This document shows, in pieces, positions 26,744 through 41,073 of a stretch of DNA of 64,000 nt (position 1 is its first letter; every line of letters begins with the position of its first letter). The DNA is from Setoptus koraiensis. Taxonomy: Eukaryota; Animalia; Arthropoda. A model generated the notes under the pieces. It made no database searches, had not been told where the DNA came from, and saw only the letters and a list, made by a program, of their open reading frames with translations. The position numbers were made by a program, and so were the translations under genes. The stretch spans positions 2,790,001-2,854,000 of the forward strand of contig CM106586.1 of the NCBI GenBank assembly GCA_048013815.1. The letters run 5' to 3'.

Positions 26744-27995
26744 CGACAACAACGGCGACGACAATCAGCAGCAACAACAACAGCAGCAGCAAGACGAGGG
26801 CGAGCAAGCGTCGACAACGGCGCCACAGCCACTGAAACAAGTTCAATCAGATTATCAATCGGATCAATTATTATCAGACGACAACAACAACGAACCCGAC
26901 AAAAAGACGCTGCTGAGCTGGTCGCAAGCGGACAACTGCAGCGACTGCTCGTCTTGCCAAAACTGTAACAGCTCGTCTTGCCAAAACTGCAACAACTGCT
27001 CGCCTGGTTGCCGGAGCTGCAACTACATTGTGCCCGCCAAACAGGATGTTTATGTGTCGCTGGACCTGAACAAGCAACGGAGGCTCCGTCTAGTGGACGA
27101 TTGTCGGACAAGGTCGCCGTGGTCGGCGTATGGTGGCCACGAGGGAGCCATGTCGTGCAAATCGCTACTTATCGACTTGCACGAGTTTGTTGCGCGAAAG
27201 TGTGTTGCGCAATATCGCTCATTCACCTGTCGACTGTACAGCAGCGGCAGCAACATAGGCGAGCATGGGCACAGTGCGGCACAGTTACGTCAATTCATCA
27301 CCGTTAACCAGCACAACCCTGGCGGCTGCACAGCAAGTGCAACTGCGCCGACAGGTGACTCTTGTATAATTGACACCACCGCACCAGGTGAGCCACTGAT
27401 AACAGGTGAGCGGGGGCTGGGGCGAGTGCGGACCAACCTGCATCAGGTGCCAGTGAAACGCCGACCCTTGGCGGCCAATTTTATTGGAGGAGGCCGGCAG
27501 CGGCGCCAGAGCAGAACTAGACAGGGCAGCCTGATAATAAACCCGTTTGAGAGCATAGCGGCCGCAGCGGAGGATCGTTGCGCCAATTGTTGTTGCCATT
27601 ATTGTTTGTGTCGAGGCATCGACTGCTCACAAGAGGAGCTCATAACAGCGACACCAACTGGACATTGCCACAAACTGCAAGGCAACAACTGCACCGCAAT
27701 TAAAGTAACAACTTGTGACGCAATAACAGTTCACGCAACAACAGCGCCCATGACAAGCGCCAGCAATAGTGAGCAGCAGCCATCAATCAGCTTGCCGTGC
27801 CAGCTTGCCAAGACAGCCAACAGCGCCGACAACAGCAGCAACCGCAACAGTGACAACGGCCACAACAGCGACAGCTTGTTAGCTAATATTTGCGAGCATC
27901 GTGCGGACGCCGCTAGCGCACCAGAGCGCCACCGCAACCGGCCACAAGCGGCCGCCGGCCCGACAGCGCCCGTGATAAAGGCTTTCATTAAAAGT
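26744..27995 (+). CDS. Candidate coding exon (Cys-rich, low complexity), possibly an alternative first or internal exon of the same gene
   Basis: 473-codon ORF 26619-28040 with a consensus donor AGT|GTAAGT at 27995/27996 (phase 0). Candidate acceptor cctcaaacAG ends at 26743 (phase 2); in-frame ATG at 26664. No homology recognised. Confidence 0.42.
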
Positions 27996-28001
27996 GTAAG
28001 T
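27996..28001 (+). other. 5' splice site (donor) of the candidate exon
   Basis: Consensus GTAAGT 15 codons before the ORF stop. Confidence 0.5.
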
Positions 28002-28814
28002 TGCATCTCGCTCATTTTTCGACCCGCTCGCCAACTTTAGACCGGCGGTGCGGCCGGCAGCGTGACCGACGGTCCGTCTGTTTGTTTGTTTGTTTGTTTG
28101 TGCTCTGATGTGGGCCCCATTGTTGTGTGCGATGTTGATTGTTGCGTTCAGCTTTTGGCCACTTTTTGCGCTGCTGCTGTCGGCCAACAACGGCAGCGGT
28201 CGGGCCCAGTGGCGCCCGACGAGTGGCGAGCGGAAACCGCTCACTGCGGTGCGGCCGTCATTGGTCGGCCACACTCAAGACTGCGGGGCCAATTGAGCCA
28301 AGTGAATTGCTGGAGGCGCTGTTGCCCAGTGGGGCCCACTGTGCGCGGGCCCCATTCAAACGGCCGCTCTGGTGGCAGGATCTGGCACGATGGCCGCACC
28401 GACAAGAATAGCTGGCGACTTGCTTCATTATGTGACTGTTCTATTCTTGTCTCTGAGGCACGACGAGGCACAACAAGACACGACGAGGCACAACAAGACG
28501 CGTCGGACAGCGCTCTGGCTAGGTGGTGGCCAGATAATAAAGTAGATTATAAAGCAGCGTTGAGCATAATAAATAAACTGCGCTCGCCGGCGCGCCGCTG
28601 TTATCTAATGATTGATGGAGTTAGTGTCACTTATTTTAGGCTTGCACTTCACTGGAATAGCGCGCGCAAACTGCCGCTCAAACTGCCAGCGACCAGCCGG
28701 ACCAAAGGTTGGCAGGCCCGAGAATGGGGCCCGGCCCGAAGAGAAGACAAAACGGCGCCAACGTTGCCACTGCACACTGTTCACTACAGTCAGCGCGGCC
28801 CCTTGAGCGGCACC

Positions 28815-28866
28815 AGACTCTGGAGTCTAGAGTCTGGACTCCAGAGTCTAGACTCTAGACTCTGGA
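28815..28866. repeat. Palindromic mosaic of AGACTCT/AGAGTCT
   Basis: 13-bp inverted arms 28815-28827 and 28837-28849, plus a 14-bp palindrome at 28843-28856. Confidence 0.9.
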
Positions 28867-29331
28867 GCGAAAGGGGGTGACGGGCCCCTTTCACCTCTCT
28901 GGCCTTTGTTGCGTCGCTGTGGCTCGATCATACGCGGCAGCAGTTTGGCGGCGAGTCAACTCAAAACAAAATGACCACAACAATGCCGTCACTGCCAGCC
29001 GCTCGCAAGACCGCTGCGGCCAACGGGCCAAAAGTCGACCAATCTCACGCTCTCGCCACGCACTTGCCAGAGATTTGGTGCGCCAACCTGACTGGGCACA
29101 AAATACCTCGCTGTTGCGATTGTCCGATCAAGTTCGCTTGAGTTCGTCTCAGTCTGTCGGGAAATCTCCGCATGTTCAGCATGTCGCCGCAGCCCTTTTT
29201 TAGCTTTGATCGCCGGGGCCCCATTGTGCTTGCGCTGTCGACCGGCACGCTGGCCGACGCGCCATGATCCCACTCGATGATTAAACGCCCCAAGCTGCGT
29301 CTCTATTTTTGGCTGGCCCGCTCTCTTTCTA

Positions 29332-29439
29332 TTTTTACACTTTTTATGCCTGTTATGCTTGTTATGCTGTTTACACTTTTTATACCTTTTATACCTTTTA
29401 TACTTTTCATACTTTTTGTACTTTTTATACTTGTCATAC
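29332..29439. repeat. 9-bp tandem repeat x12 (consensus TTTTTATAC)
   Basis: Twelve consecutive 9-nt units ending in YAC or TGC. Confidence 0.92.
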
Positions 29440-30306
29440 TTGCCTGAAAACGCAATTGGGTCCCCAAAGGTGGCGAGCTCTTTGACCTCTGGCGAGCTTG
29501 CCAGCAGTGCGTATTGCGTAATCCGCCCGATGGCGCAATAGGTGACGGGGGCTGGGGCGATATTAATATGATATAATATTAATATTAATACGAGGCGCAA
29601 TTGTGTCGCATACAATTGTGCAAAATGTAGTTGCGCAGCGCACAGTTGTGGCGCAGTGCAATCGCACGCGCCAAGCTCATATCTGTCAAACTGTATTTGT
29701 GATTATTTGTTATTTTCAATCAATTCGAGCCATTGGCCCATTGGCGGCCTCACTGCGAGCACACTGTTCAACAGTGACTATTGCAGCCCACAATTGTCAG
29801 TCCTTCGTCGGTGTTGCCTGTCATTGTTGCAGACAATGCGACGACATCAACAGCAACGGCAACGACAACGGCGCACGTAGCGCGTGCTGTTGCTCAATAC
29901 CTATTATTATTATGTAACAATAATAATGGCCCCCACACACAATGGCGTGCGCATCATGATAGTTTGTACCTGTCGGCGCCGGTGTCGGCGCTAGTCGACA
30001 CATACATACAAATGTGTATAAATAACTGTCATATGTGTTGCGCAACAACAAAAATCGTCACTATCATCATCATTATTACAGCTGGTCACAGTTGTACGTC
30101 GTTCACCTGTCGTATGCAAATGATCCCCTGCTCGCTGCACGACTGTTGCATAACTGTGATCATGGCACAGCGTAAGTGACAGCGGCCGCATAGCCGTGCC
30201 ATACTTATACGCCATACGCCATACGTTATGTTGTTGCGTTGCATTATTATGTAATGTGCTGGCTCGTGGCGCGCCGCCCTTGCCGGCAGCGGAATCCCGA
30301 CTGTCT

Positions 30307-30352
30307 CTGTAACGGCGACTGCCCCTGTGACGGCGACTGCCCCTGTGACGGC
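30307..30352. repeat. 18-bp tandem repeat x2.5 (ACGGCGACTGCCCCTGTG)
   Basis: Directly visible. Confidence 0.9.
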
Positions 30353-31262
30353 AAAAACGGACGCGCCGGCAGCGGATACGCGCCGGTAGCGGATTTGCCC
30401 GCGAGCGTCAACGGGGCAAATTTGCGACAAACGAGCGGGCAAAAAAACGAATGCAAACACCATTTTTGGCCCATCCACTCACCTGGTTCGGGGCAGCGGG
30501 GGGATCCGTTTTGCAAGACATGGCATATGTAGCGGTTAGTTAATTTAACCGCAACAACTGTCTGTCAGCGAGACAAACAGCCATTCGTGTTGGCTGAAAT
30601 TATCAAGGCGGCCTCTTGAAAAACATGGCCAGTGACAGGTCGTCACTTTTGGCTACTTTTAGCCGCTGCCGTTCCACTGTCAGGCACGCGCGCCACGACA
30701 GCCAGGCGAAACTTGTGCCCCCACGCCAACTCCAAATATCGCAAAATATCTGGCTCGCGGGGCACAAGAGGCGGCCCCAATTGCAACAAACAAACCCCAA
30801 CGTGGCGCCATAAAAATGGCGCACGAGCACAATTGCGGCGAACAGTTGTACTGTCATGCAAGCAAGTTTATTATTTTTGTAAAGTTGTCTCACTTGACGG
30901 CCCACTTAAAGCGATGAATTTGGGGCCGGTTTTGTGGGGCCTCTCGAGGGCATCGAGACTGAGCGCTGACGAACGCCCAGTTATCCCAGTGAGCCATAAT
31001 AAGCGCCAAGAGCGTTCGTGAGCGAGCACAGCGAGCAAATTTTGTGCGCCCCTGTGCTGTCCATCAATCATATTTGTACTTATCATAGAGATAATTCATT
31101 CAAGTCGGCGGCACGTGCCCCATTCTGGCGCAATTTTGAATTTTAATCATTTTATAGCTGCAATTCAATAGCTGCTGGCAATCATTAATTGGCTCGCTTG
31201 TCGAAGCGCGCGCCAGCCGGTCACGAGCTCACTGCTGCGCCTCGATGCATGTGCGAATCGCC

Positions 31263-31360
31263 AAACGGATAAACGGATGAACGGATAAACTGACGGACGG
31301 ATAAACTGACGAACGGATAAATGATAAACGGATAAATGATAAACGGATAAATGATAAACG
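31263..31360. repeat. Degenerate AACGGATAAA(TGATA) tandem array
   Basis: About 7 ACGGAT cores; the last three have a 15-bp period. Confidence 0.88.
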
Positions 31361-34300
31361 GGCCCATTCGCCGAGCATTCGATTGGCGGCTCTGTGTGCA
31401 CCGTGGGCCGCACATCGGCGCGGCCTCGCGTGGCCCGAAACTTCGGCCCGACGCGGTGGGTCGCATCTCTCTGTGCCATTGTATCCAGTTGAGTCCACTC
31501 ACGGCCAGTCGATCGGTCGTCTCGCCGAGGCCCGATGAGGCTCGCTATTGGATCGCATTGGAATAGCGGGCCGGATTGCAGTGGGAACGGCGGGCCGGAT
31601 CTCATCGGCAACAGCGGGCCGGATTGTGCCGTTTCGGGCGAGACATCGTGCGATATATCGTGCGAGAACAAGTGGACAAGTGGGCCACCATACGGCGCAC
31701 TTGTTTGGCGCGTTCGGGGGCCATGTCAGAGAGCATGTCGTTAAATGGCATGTGTATATTGTGCGCATCATATGTTAGGTATAAATAAATTAAATGCCCG
31801 CCAAAGAGACAAGTGCATCGAGCGTAAACTGGCCGCCAGCCGACCAAACGCTTTGAGCTGGCCACATCACCGGCGGTCGCACTCGAGGCCCGTTCGGGGC
31901 CCCAGCCTCTGCCTTGGGCCCATAAAAACGCGCGGCCCAGATAGCTCAAAATGGTGGGATAATATCTCTGTTTATCTCTGCACTTGTGTGACGATACAAT
32001 TATTATTATCAGTATTGTGTGCATGACACACGACAGCGTGGTCGTTGCTGTTGTTGTCGTTGCCGTTGTTGTTGCCGTCGTTGTTGTCGTGTGCACAATG
32101 TGTGCAATGTTATCGCCCAACGTTTGAGCTATTGGTCACATTTGTCGCATTTTATCATTGACAAAATAAGAATAACGAGCAAGGAGTAACTTGGCATTGC
32201 ATTGCGCGACCATTTTGCGCGCCAGTCGTTTATTCATGCGCTCGCCCATGATTGAATGACTTTGCACAGACTGTGCCCACTAATGGGCCCCATTTCGGGC
32301 CCCCTTCAACAACATTTATTTCTCTTTCTTATTTGTTTGGGGCCGCTCATTGGGCCGCAATTCAACTTTTAACGCAAATTCGCACTGTAGACTCTGCAGT
32401 GTAGAGATGCTCGTTTGTCAGCTCGCTGGCACGCTAACAAACTGACCATTTGGTTGCCATCAAATCACGGGCCCACATCCACGGCCAATGGTCAGTCCGC
32501 CGCCGTGGTCAGCGCTACGCCGACAGCGTTGTTGTCATCGTGTTGCGACAACAGTCGCACCAGAGTGGCACGAGTTTATCGATGCGAACCGAAAAATGTT
32601 TGCAAAAACAAGATTGCAAACGCAAACGATTATGCCCTCTCCGATAATTATTGTCCGTGCACTTGGCACTCTCACTCATCTAAGCTCGATCGGCCCACGA
32701 CCTGGCCACCGCACACTGCCAGCAGCCGGCGGAAGTAGGCCACGGGCCGGCGAAAGTTGACCCGACCGCCGGCCTAGTTTATAGCGGCTCGGTGGGCACG
32801 TGATCGCTTGTTTGCGGAGCACTCTGGCCTCGGGTCTCAAGGTCAAGTTTGGCGTGCTTGCGCAACTACGCACGCGGTTGACAGTTATGTCAATGTAAGT
32901 GCAATTTGCAAGTATGTTCATTGTTGTTGGGCGACGAAACAGGCGAGCGGCCTCATTTGCGTATTTGCATATTTCATTTCTCGTTTGCGAGCGCTGGTCG
33001 CGTCTTGGCGACACGTGACGCACCCATCGAATCGTGTCCGAACTCCGCACTCCGAAGTGCGGCCAAAATTAGAATCGGGCCAAATTTGAATCCGGCGAAA
33101 ATTGAAATTTCAATGGCCGAAAATTAGTTGCCAGTATGTGCCGGAGACTCTCTGGCGGGGGGTTAAAGTGAAAGTTTGAAAGTGTGAAAGTTGACAAGCG
33201 GCAACTTTTGTCACAGGCGGGCTCCACAACAATAGCACAGTCGACAACAATGGTGCCACGTCGGGAACGAGCCGGACACGGCGACAATTTTTCATCGCCT
33301 CCACTCACAATAAAGCACCCAAAACAAAGGCCCTAATGAATGGGGCCAACTATGGCGCGCCACTTAGCTTGCCAGTTGTTGCAGTTCTCGGTCAACAACT
33401 GTGAATGCGGTTGTTGCAATTGGGCGCTCGTTTTGTTTTGCTTGTTGGCCGATAAAATTAAATGGGTCACCAGCGACCCCGAGCGGCCAATGCAAGTTGC
33501 TCCGCTGTTTGGCCGGGCTGTTTAATGCAGATTTATGTCGATAGTGCCGCCTCAAACAACATATATAATAGTAATATATGATCATATTTGTTATTTATGT
33601 TTCATTTATTCTTGGCCTGTCAATTCTCTGCGAAAGTTGCCATTGTTTTGCTGCTCTCTCTCTCTCTGGCAAGATATGATATATGTTCAAACGATATATG
33701 TACGTTTGTATGTTTACATGCAGTATTCACAAGTTGCTCCAGTCGGCCGGAGCTCCCACAATGAAAATCGCATTTTCGCGACTTGAAGTGGCTCGCCTAC
33801 TTGTTCGGCTTCCCGTTGGCCTCGACATCTCGTGCCGCTGGCCAACGAAAATGCTAAATAAATAAGGCCCAAAAATGCCGGACAGCGCTCAGTGCGTGAA
33901 TCCAGTTTGTGTTTTCGGGTTTTTGCCCAACTTTCTGGCCCATCCTTTGGCCCAACGAAGGGGCATTTTGCTGGCGAAAATTCGAGAACAGTGTCATTTC
34001 AATTGAACAAACTCATTTCTCGCGCGAAATTGATTTCGCTCCGCCGACGCCGAAGCAATCGAAGCGACAATTCATCCATAATTGATTGTCGCCAACTGAT
34101 TTATTCGCTGTCTCAGTGCTGCCAAAAGCGCTCATTGGCCCATTGGCCCGTTTGCTCATTGGCCGACGAAAAGCGCTCGCTTTCCGCGCCCAACAGAGAC
34201 AAACGACAGCTGGACATATGCACCAACGTATCACAATGTGTAGCCAGATGAATAACAGGCAATGCGCGGCCCCAATCGCATATTGGACACCGTTACGGGC

Positions 34301-37300
34301 TTGTTGCAGTTGCTGTTCATTAATTGGGCCCCAGAGTCGCTCTGCCAGAGTCGCTCTAATTAGACAGCGCGCGCTTTTTGTCAGTCTGTTTTTGCCACCG
34401 TTCGGCCGACAAAAACAGCCCGACCACGCGAGGCGCCCACTGGCTGCGTACGGTGCGCTCGGGTATTTTGCGAAGAGCCTCGGCGGCTGACGAGTGCCCC
34501 CAGATTTCACAAATGAAGTTCATCCGGTTCGTCAGTTCGCGTCCAGCTGAATTGCTGGCGACACTCGGGCGACGATCGGGCGACATTTGCGCAACGAGAT
34601 CCCGGCTGTCACCTGGGCATTTTCGAAGATGCCCTGGCGGGGGCATTTCCAACTTGGGAATTCCAAGTGATGCCCGGGTTTGTGCCGTGCACTGCAGCTT
34701 GCAGGTATTCGCGCACCGAAGACAGCTTTTTCGCGCGCTACGCGAGCCAGCCGCTGAAGAATGGCTGGCGCTCGCGGGGCCTCCGAAGAATGGCGCCGTG
34801 CGCAAGATGCGAGAGTCTCGCAGCAAGACTGAAAAAGGTGCACGCAAAAGCGATTCCGTGGAACTGGCGAGTTGCACTTTCGGTGCAAAAGTTTTGCAGC
34901 TGGCGCAGCTCATTATTTTGGTCGATTTGGTCGGTGTGCAGCCACAAACTGGCCGAAATTAGTTGATTGGTCGGTTGAAAATTGGCTATTGCCAGCAGCA
35001 GCGGCTGTATCAATCTCTAGTCTAGTCTAGCCAGCGGGAGTTTGTGAGACTCTCACTGGGGTGAGACTCTTACTGGGGTGAGAGTTGTTGCACGAATATG
35101 CGAACCAGACGCAATAATCTCAACTTGTTAATTCGCTTATAATTGGGGCTCCATATATAAACAGTGGCTAATGGCGCGCCGGTGGCTCGAAGCAGAAGGG
35201 GCCCAGCAGACAGCAGATGAGCGAGCAGCATGGCGAGCACAGTTGGCCACGGGGGCGCCAGTTGTTTGCCAGTTGGCATGCATGCAGGCAAACAAATGGC
35301 AACAGGGATAACTGATAAGCGGCGCCGTCGATCACAATGCATTACCGCCCGACACAACGATGAATGGATAAATAGATGCCCCAAAAAAAGAATCGTTTGT
35401 CTGTCTGACGTGGGCCATGGTGCTCATCGGGCCCTCGGCATTCGCCGAGCACTGGCATTCAGCGAGCACCGGTATTCGCTGAATAATCGGTGAATAGCGG
35501 TGTTCAGGTAGACGGCCGACAGGTCGCGATGGCGAGCCAGTGGGGCCATTAACTCGGCATGCAGCGGCGCCAGCATCGCGCGTTCGAACTTGGAAAGCGG
35601 CAAGTCGGGCATAAATCGGGTTGGGGCCGCACCAAAATAGCGCACCAAACAGAAAGCGAGCAGCGCCGAAATGGCAAATCGAGCGGGCTTAGCAGGCTGA
35701 AGGCAAACAAAACGGGATTAGGCTAATCCCGGTTTGTTTGTGTCGCAACGAAACGGTGCCGTCCGCGAGCCAATTCATTTTCGCATGTTCCAACAGACAG
35801 ACTCTCTGACACAGGCACTCTGTTGAGCGAGAGGGGGCGAATCGTCTCGCCGACGCTCATTAACGGGCCGGCGTTCGCGCACCCAAGTGGCGCTCGGGAC
35901 CCGAAAGGGCGCTCTCGTTTGCATAGGCGCCCCACAACGGTCTCTGGCGTGCAATGATGCACACACTGCGCGATCGACTCGGCTGGGGCCGTGCAACTTT
36001 TTAGCGCGTATGGGGAATACACAGCGAGTGTGTGCCAGCGATTGTGTGCGGCGTAGGAGGCCCCTCGGCACTGGCACAACATACGCACAATATACGCACA
36101 ATGTTGCCTATTTGTGCCAGCAGTGGCGCAAAGTTGCCAGTGGCGCACAGTTGCCAGTCGTGCAAAGTTGCCGGTTGCTCGTGGCAGACTCGCCACGAGC
36201 AACTGTCAACGGTCGCTCGGCTCGCTCGGCGGCCGCTATTATTAGCCGGGCGCGTGACATTGCGACAGTGTTGCGACGCACGAGCGTGCAGCGCCGAGAA
36301 GCAGTTTATTTTATTTTATTTCATCTCGTTTCATTCACTGTTTCAGTTCATTACATCGGCTCGCCAGCGGAGATTTACTGTGTGTTTCGCGTACTTTACT
36401 TCGGGGGCCCTCGCCAGACTCGCCAGACTCGCCAGACTCGCCCTGCTTGCCCCCCTTGCCAGCGCGCCCGTTAGTTAGCATGCGCTGCCGTTGTCGCCAG
36501 TGTGCGCCCCTTTGTTTGGCGCAATGTTTTGAATTGGGCGGCGCCGCGGCGGGCCCCAACGGCGCACAGAGTCGCCATAGACTCGCACAGAGTAGACTCG
36601 CACAGTGTGGAGACACGGCTCGCCGTCTAATAGTTTTGGCGCTGGCTGACGCTGCAAGATGCATCGGTTTTGCATCGGCACAACAATGCCGGCTGAAGGG
36701 GGCCCGGCGCCATAACGCGCGCTTTTGGGATATTCTCGGGCAGTTTCTTGGAAACGCGCGCGAGTCGCAAAACCCGATCGAGGGCCCATCGAGCGAGCGC
36801 GCGAGTGTCTTGTTGCTGTCTATTAATCGCTGTCGTTGCCTTATATCCCAATTGATTCTTCGCCATTGATCGCTGGGGCCCGGGCGCCATTGGTGCTTAT
36901 ATCACGTCGCCGGCGTCGTCTATAGGCCGGCCCCTCTATCTCTGCCAGACTATGGCAGCCAGAGACTCTCTGACACTGGCAATATCTTCGCCATGCCACT
37001 CGCCAAACATAAGAGGCTGGCATTTGGGGGACGGGCCCCAATCGAACAGTGCGCAGGCTGTGTGCGGGCATCATTAGTGATAGTAGCGATCGAGCCGGGC
37101 AACAACAAATGCCACTACAAGTGCACCGCCGAGCTCTTGGCAAATTCTATTAAGAGCGCCCTCTCTCCATCTATCTTTAGCCCGGCCGGCTAGCGGGCTG
37201 GCTAGCGGAATAACGGGCTAACGGGCTGGCAAGCTCTATCTATCGATGTATTATTGTCTTGACGCATCTCGCTCAATCGGCCTTGTTTGAGCAGCGCACA

Positions 37301-37440
37301 TACTTACAGGGGGTACTTAGTTGCGATCGTGGGTCCTCTACATTCGCCGTGCAGCGGCCAAATGAAGCCAGCGAATGCCAGAGCGACACACACAAATAAT
37401 CCCGACACAACGCAACTAATGCCCACCGATCCGATCCAAC

Positions 37441-37479
37441 GCCCAATTCAATGCCCAATTCAATGCCCAATTCAATGCC
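37441..37479. repeat. 12-bp tandem repeat x3 (GCCCAATTCAAT)
   Basis: Directly visible. Confidence 0.93.
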
Positions 37480-37950
37480 AATACCCAGTCGAACGCCCTG
37501 CCCGGCCCAAGGCCGACACCCGGTCCCGTGCCTGGCCCGGCCCAAGGCCGCACCGACGGGGAATTTGCGAGCGAATATTGCCAACTTTATTCCTTTCTTT
37601 CAGCGACGTTCTTTCGAGGGCCTCGTCCCCTTCGCGCCCCCTCAACCCTGGGCGCATATCCCGGCCCCAACCGACACAGACACACAATATAGCGGCCATG
37701 TTGTCGCTGGCTGCATGTAGCATATGTAGTTGTAGCTTGTAGTTGCGCGCTGCAGCGGGGCCCCAACTGGAAACCATTGACATTGAGCCAGTGGTAATAA
37801 TGGCTGTAGTGTCAATTTCGACACACTCCATCTACTACTTTAATTCTTCATATAGGGCCCATATTTTTAGTGAGGCGCCCGCCGGGCCGCCGCTACAATC
37901 GCAATCAAATCAATTCGGGCCAAATCGCGCCAACGATCGGATCGGATCCG

Positions 37951-37993
37951 ACCGAACGGAACCGAACGGAACCGAACGGAACGGAACCGAACG
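37951..37993. repeat. 10-bp tandem repeat (ACCGAACGGA)x3+
   Basis: Directly visible. Confidence 0.93.
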
Positions 37994-40900
37994 AGACGCT
38001 GTGCGTTGTCGACTCTAAATAGAGCGCCCACCAGAGAGGATAAAGCAAAAAGAATGTCGCCTCCGACTGGCCGGCTCATCTGTCAGCGAAATAAAGTGCA
38101 CGCACTTTATCTCTTCTTCTTCGTCGTCTTCTATTCACTTGGCCCATTGGTGGCTTCTTAGGTCAATGGCGCGCACACGCACACGTCCGGCCGACGTCGT
38201 AATGGATTAAAATGACCCCCGGAGGCTGGGCCCAATTAAACGGGGGCACCAATTGCAGCGACAAGCGGTGCGGCTTCGTCGCTTCATTGTGTGGCTGCGA
38301 TGCGATGCGAGGCCGGCGCGACCTTGGCCCGGCAAACTGTTAAATGTTGCAAAGAACTGTCTGTGGTTGTTCGCGGGTGCCTCGTCGTTGGGGCTCGCCA
38401 GTGGCACTTGTCGCGCAGCGCCAGCGTCACAAAATATTCAATCGTTTCCTTTGTGGCCGCTCGTTTGCTTTTGTTTTGAAAAGTAATCTAAGAATTGATT
38501 CCCGCAGCAAATCAATTGGGCCTGGGCAATTTGCCCGGCCCCAATGGCGCCCAATTGCGCCCCCTGACAGAGTGGCCGCGAACACAAATTTCAACTGCCT
38601 TTGTGGGGCCCGTGGAGGAACAAAGGAGAGCGCGAGACGGGCGACGCCCGACAGACGCACGGACACAGAAAGGAAGAGACGGGCAGACACAGCAATGGAG
38701 AGACGGGGAAAATAAAGGAAGATAAAAGAAGAGAGGCAGCAGTGATAGAGCGGGGGCCCTATATTATTTTATTATATTATTTGCAATTGGCGCCATTGTT
38801 GGCCCCATTCTATTATTTTGATTGATTCTGATTATTGTTCGCGGGGCCCGGGCTCGAGACAACAAACAGACAGAGCGTGCATTGTGTTCGGGGCGCATCT
38901 TGCGAGACGCCCCACACACGCCACAGAATGGAAATGACAAGAATTTATCGATTAAATAGAGACTTTGTTTGCTGTTTGGGGCCCTTTGTCTATTGTCGAT
39001 AAACAGGCGGGAGCAATGCAATTGTTGTTCGTGGATTTCGTATTGACCCTGGCGAGCGCCATCTCTCTTGTGTTGCCGTTGTCTGCTCAAAAGACTGTGC
39101 TGCTGCCGGTTTGCAAGTTTCAATCAATTAAATAAATGATGAATGTGGGCGCAATTGCCCACAAACTGCCAGCACTGTCTTGCCAAGGCACTGCTGGCAA
39201 GACAGTGGTGGCAAGACGCCGGCTTGCGCTGACAAGCGCCAGACAACTTTATAACGTTACGTAAACGTACTTATATGTGTACAAATATACGCCAAGACAA
39301 GTTGTCGTGTGTTTTTTCTCTCCGTCGCGGCTGTTGTTGTTGCGCGAAGTGCGCGCACTATTAGCATAATAGTATTACGCAACCAGCCACTTCCGTTGTT
39401 GTCTGGCCGCAAAACTGTTTGTTTGTGTGCCGTGTTGTTCGTCACTTCATTAGCATTGTTGTGCCGCTCCTAATTCATTCATGAATTCGCGCACAACTGT
39501 GTCTTTTTTGCTTCCGTTGGCCCGGACGGCGACCGTCAGCCGTCGCAGTTTCGGCCCGTGCGGCTCGTTCGGCTGGCAACCGGGGCCCGACGCGGCCCGC
39601 AATTTGTTTGTGTGATACAGCAAACAAGCGGCCGGCTATCGCCGGCCGCTTGTGAATTGATTTCGACAACGGCCATCGCAACCACTAATCACCCATCGGC
39701 CGGTCGCCGTTGTTTGTCGCTGCACCTGAGCAATTTTAGATTGCGTCGTGATATGCGAACAATTGCGGATTGCGTCATTATGTGTGAGCAATTGCGAATT
39801 GCGTCATAAGCATTTGCAGATCGGGTCACGAGATTGCCGCATCGCGTCGGGTGGCGCGCGGCCCGTCGCTATGCGGCGTGCCATTTATCAGTGATCCAGT
39901 CAAAAGCAATTAATAGCGCCAACCAGTAAGTCAGCCGCCGCGCGAGTCGGGCCTCGAGATAACACCGCGCCCGGCACATCGGGCAACGGTCACCGCGCCG
40001 CCAATCAGCACACAGGCATCGCGATACGACCCAATTACATCGGCATCAGTTGCATCGGTCGGGTGTGCGCGGACGGGGGGGGGTCGCCCCCCAATAACCA
40101 GCACACCATATACTGATCAGTGGGGCCCCGCTCACACTGTAACAAGTTAAATAACGGGCACGTGATTTGCCTCTCGCGTTTGTTGGTCGATTGTTTTATC
40201 TCACTCTCATTATCCGGGGGGCGCCGGCGTGTATACGTGTTGGTACGTGCTGGCGGCGTACACGCACGAGCAAGAACGTGCAACGGCAAAATAAACTCTT
40301 TGCCAACAAAACTAGCCAGCAAATCCCTTCGTTAATGGTGATCCCTCGGAATTGGCCCCGGCGCTTTGCCGGGGCCAATTCCGAGCCGTGTTCTTGTCGA
40401 TAGTTGTTTAACTTGCGCCGCGCTGCTAGCTCGTCGTTAATTATACGTTGCGAAGGGGCCCGCGAGCCCCGAAAATCGACAATGCCAACGCACGGGTGCC
40501 GGCCAACGAGATTCGCCCAGCGTTCGACTCGAAGGCGCGTAATGAGACGGGCCCACGGGCAACGGCCGTCGCACCGGCACCAGGTGAACTGGCAACGCAC
40601 ACTCGGGGCAAAACGTGAGCCAGCTTGGGGCCAAGTCGCGATCTGGGCTCGCTCGGAATTTTTGCGCCAGACTCGGCCCACTCGGCCGACTGGAGGTCCC
40701 AGCGAAACAGCCGAAATTTCGCCCCCCTAATGACCCAATGGGGCCCGCTTCGTGACGTGTAACGTGTGAGCCGATGAGAAGGGACGGGCGCAAAAATCAG
40801 TGTCTATCTCGTGTGTGTGTTTTATTGGGCCAATTTCCGTTGGAATCGCGAGAACCAAACAGCGGTCATAGGGCGCCTATTGCGACAAACCAAACAAGCG

Positions 40901-41027
40901 TCCGGCCGGGGATTTAGTGTGGCCTCGCGAGCGTTCGTTGGCATTGTTTTGTGTTTGGGTGGCTGTTTTTGGTTGCTGCAGCTCGCCAATGAGTGATCGC
41001 TCAATCCTCGGCATTGGGGGCCCGAGT

Positions 41028-41073
41028 AGCAAAAACGAGCAGCAAAAACGAGCAGCAAAAACGAGCGGCAAAA
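41028..41073. repeat. 13-bp tandem repeat x3 (AGCAAAAACGAGC)
   Basis: Directly visible. Confidence 0.93.

Noticed and set aside
28062-28880. 272-aa plus-strand ORF after the 27995 donor
   Set aside because: GTG start, repeat-derived segments, and no homology or convincing splice signals.
28989-29615. K/Y-rich ORF (KYKKYKKY)
   Set aside because: Translation of the 9-bp TTTTTATAC array; non-ATG start and no splice or homology support.
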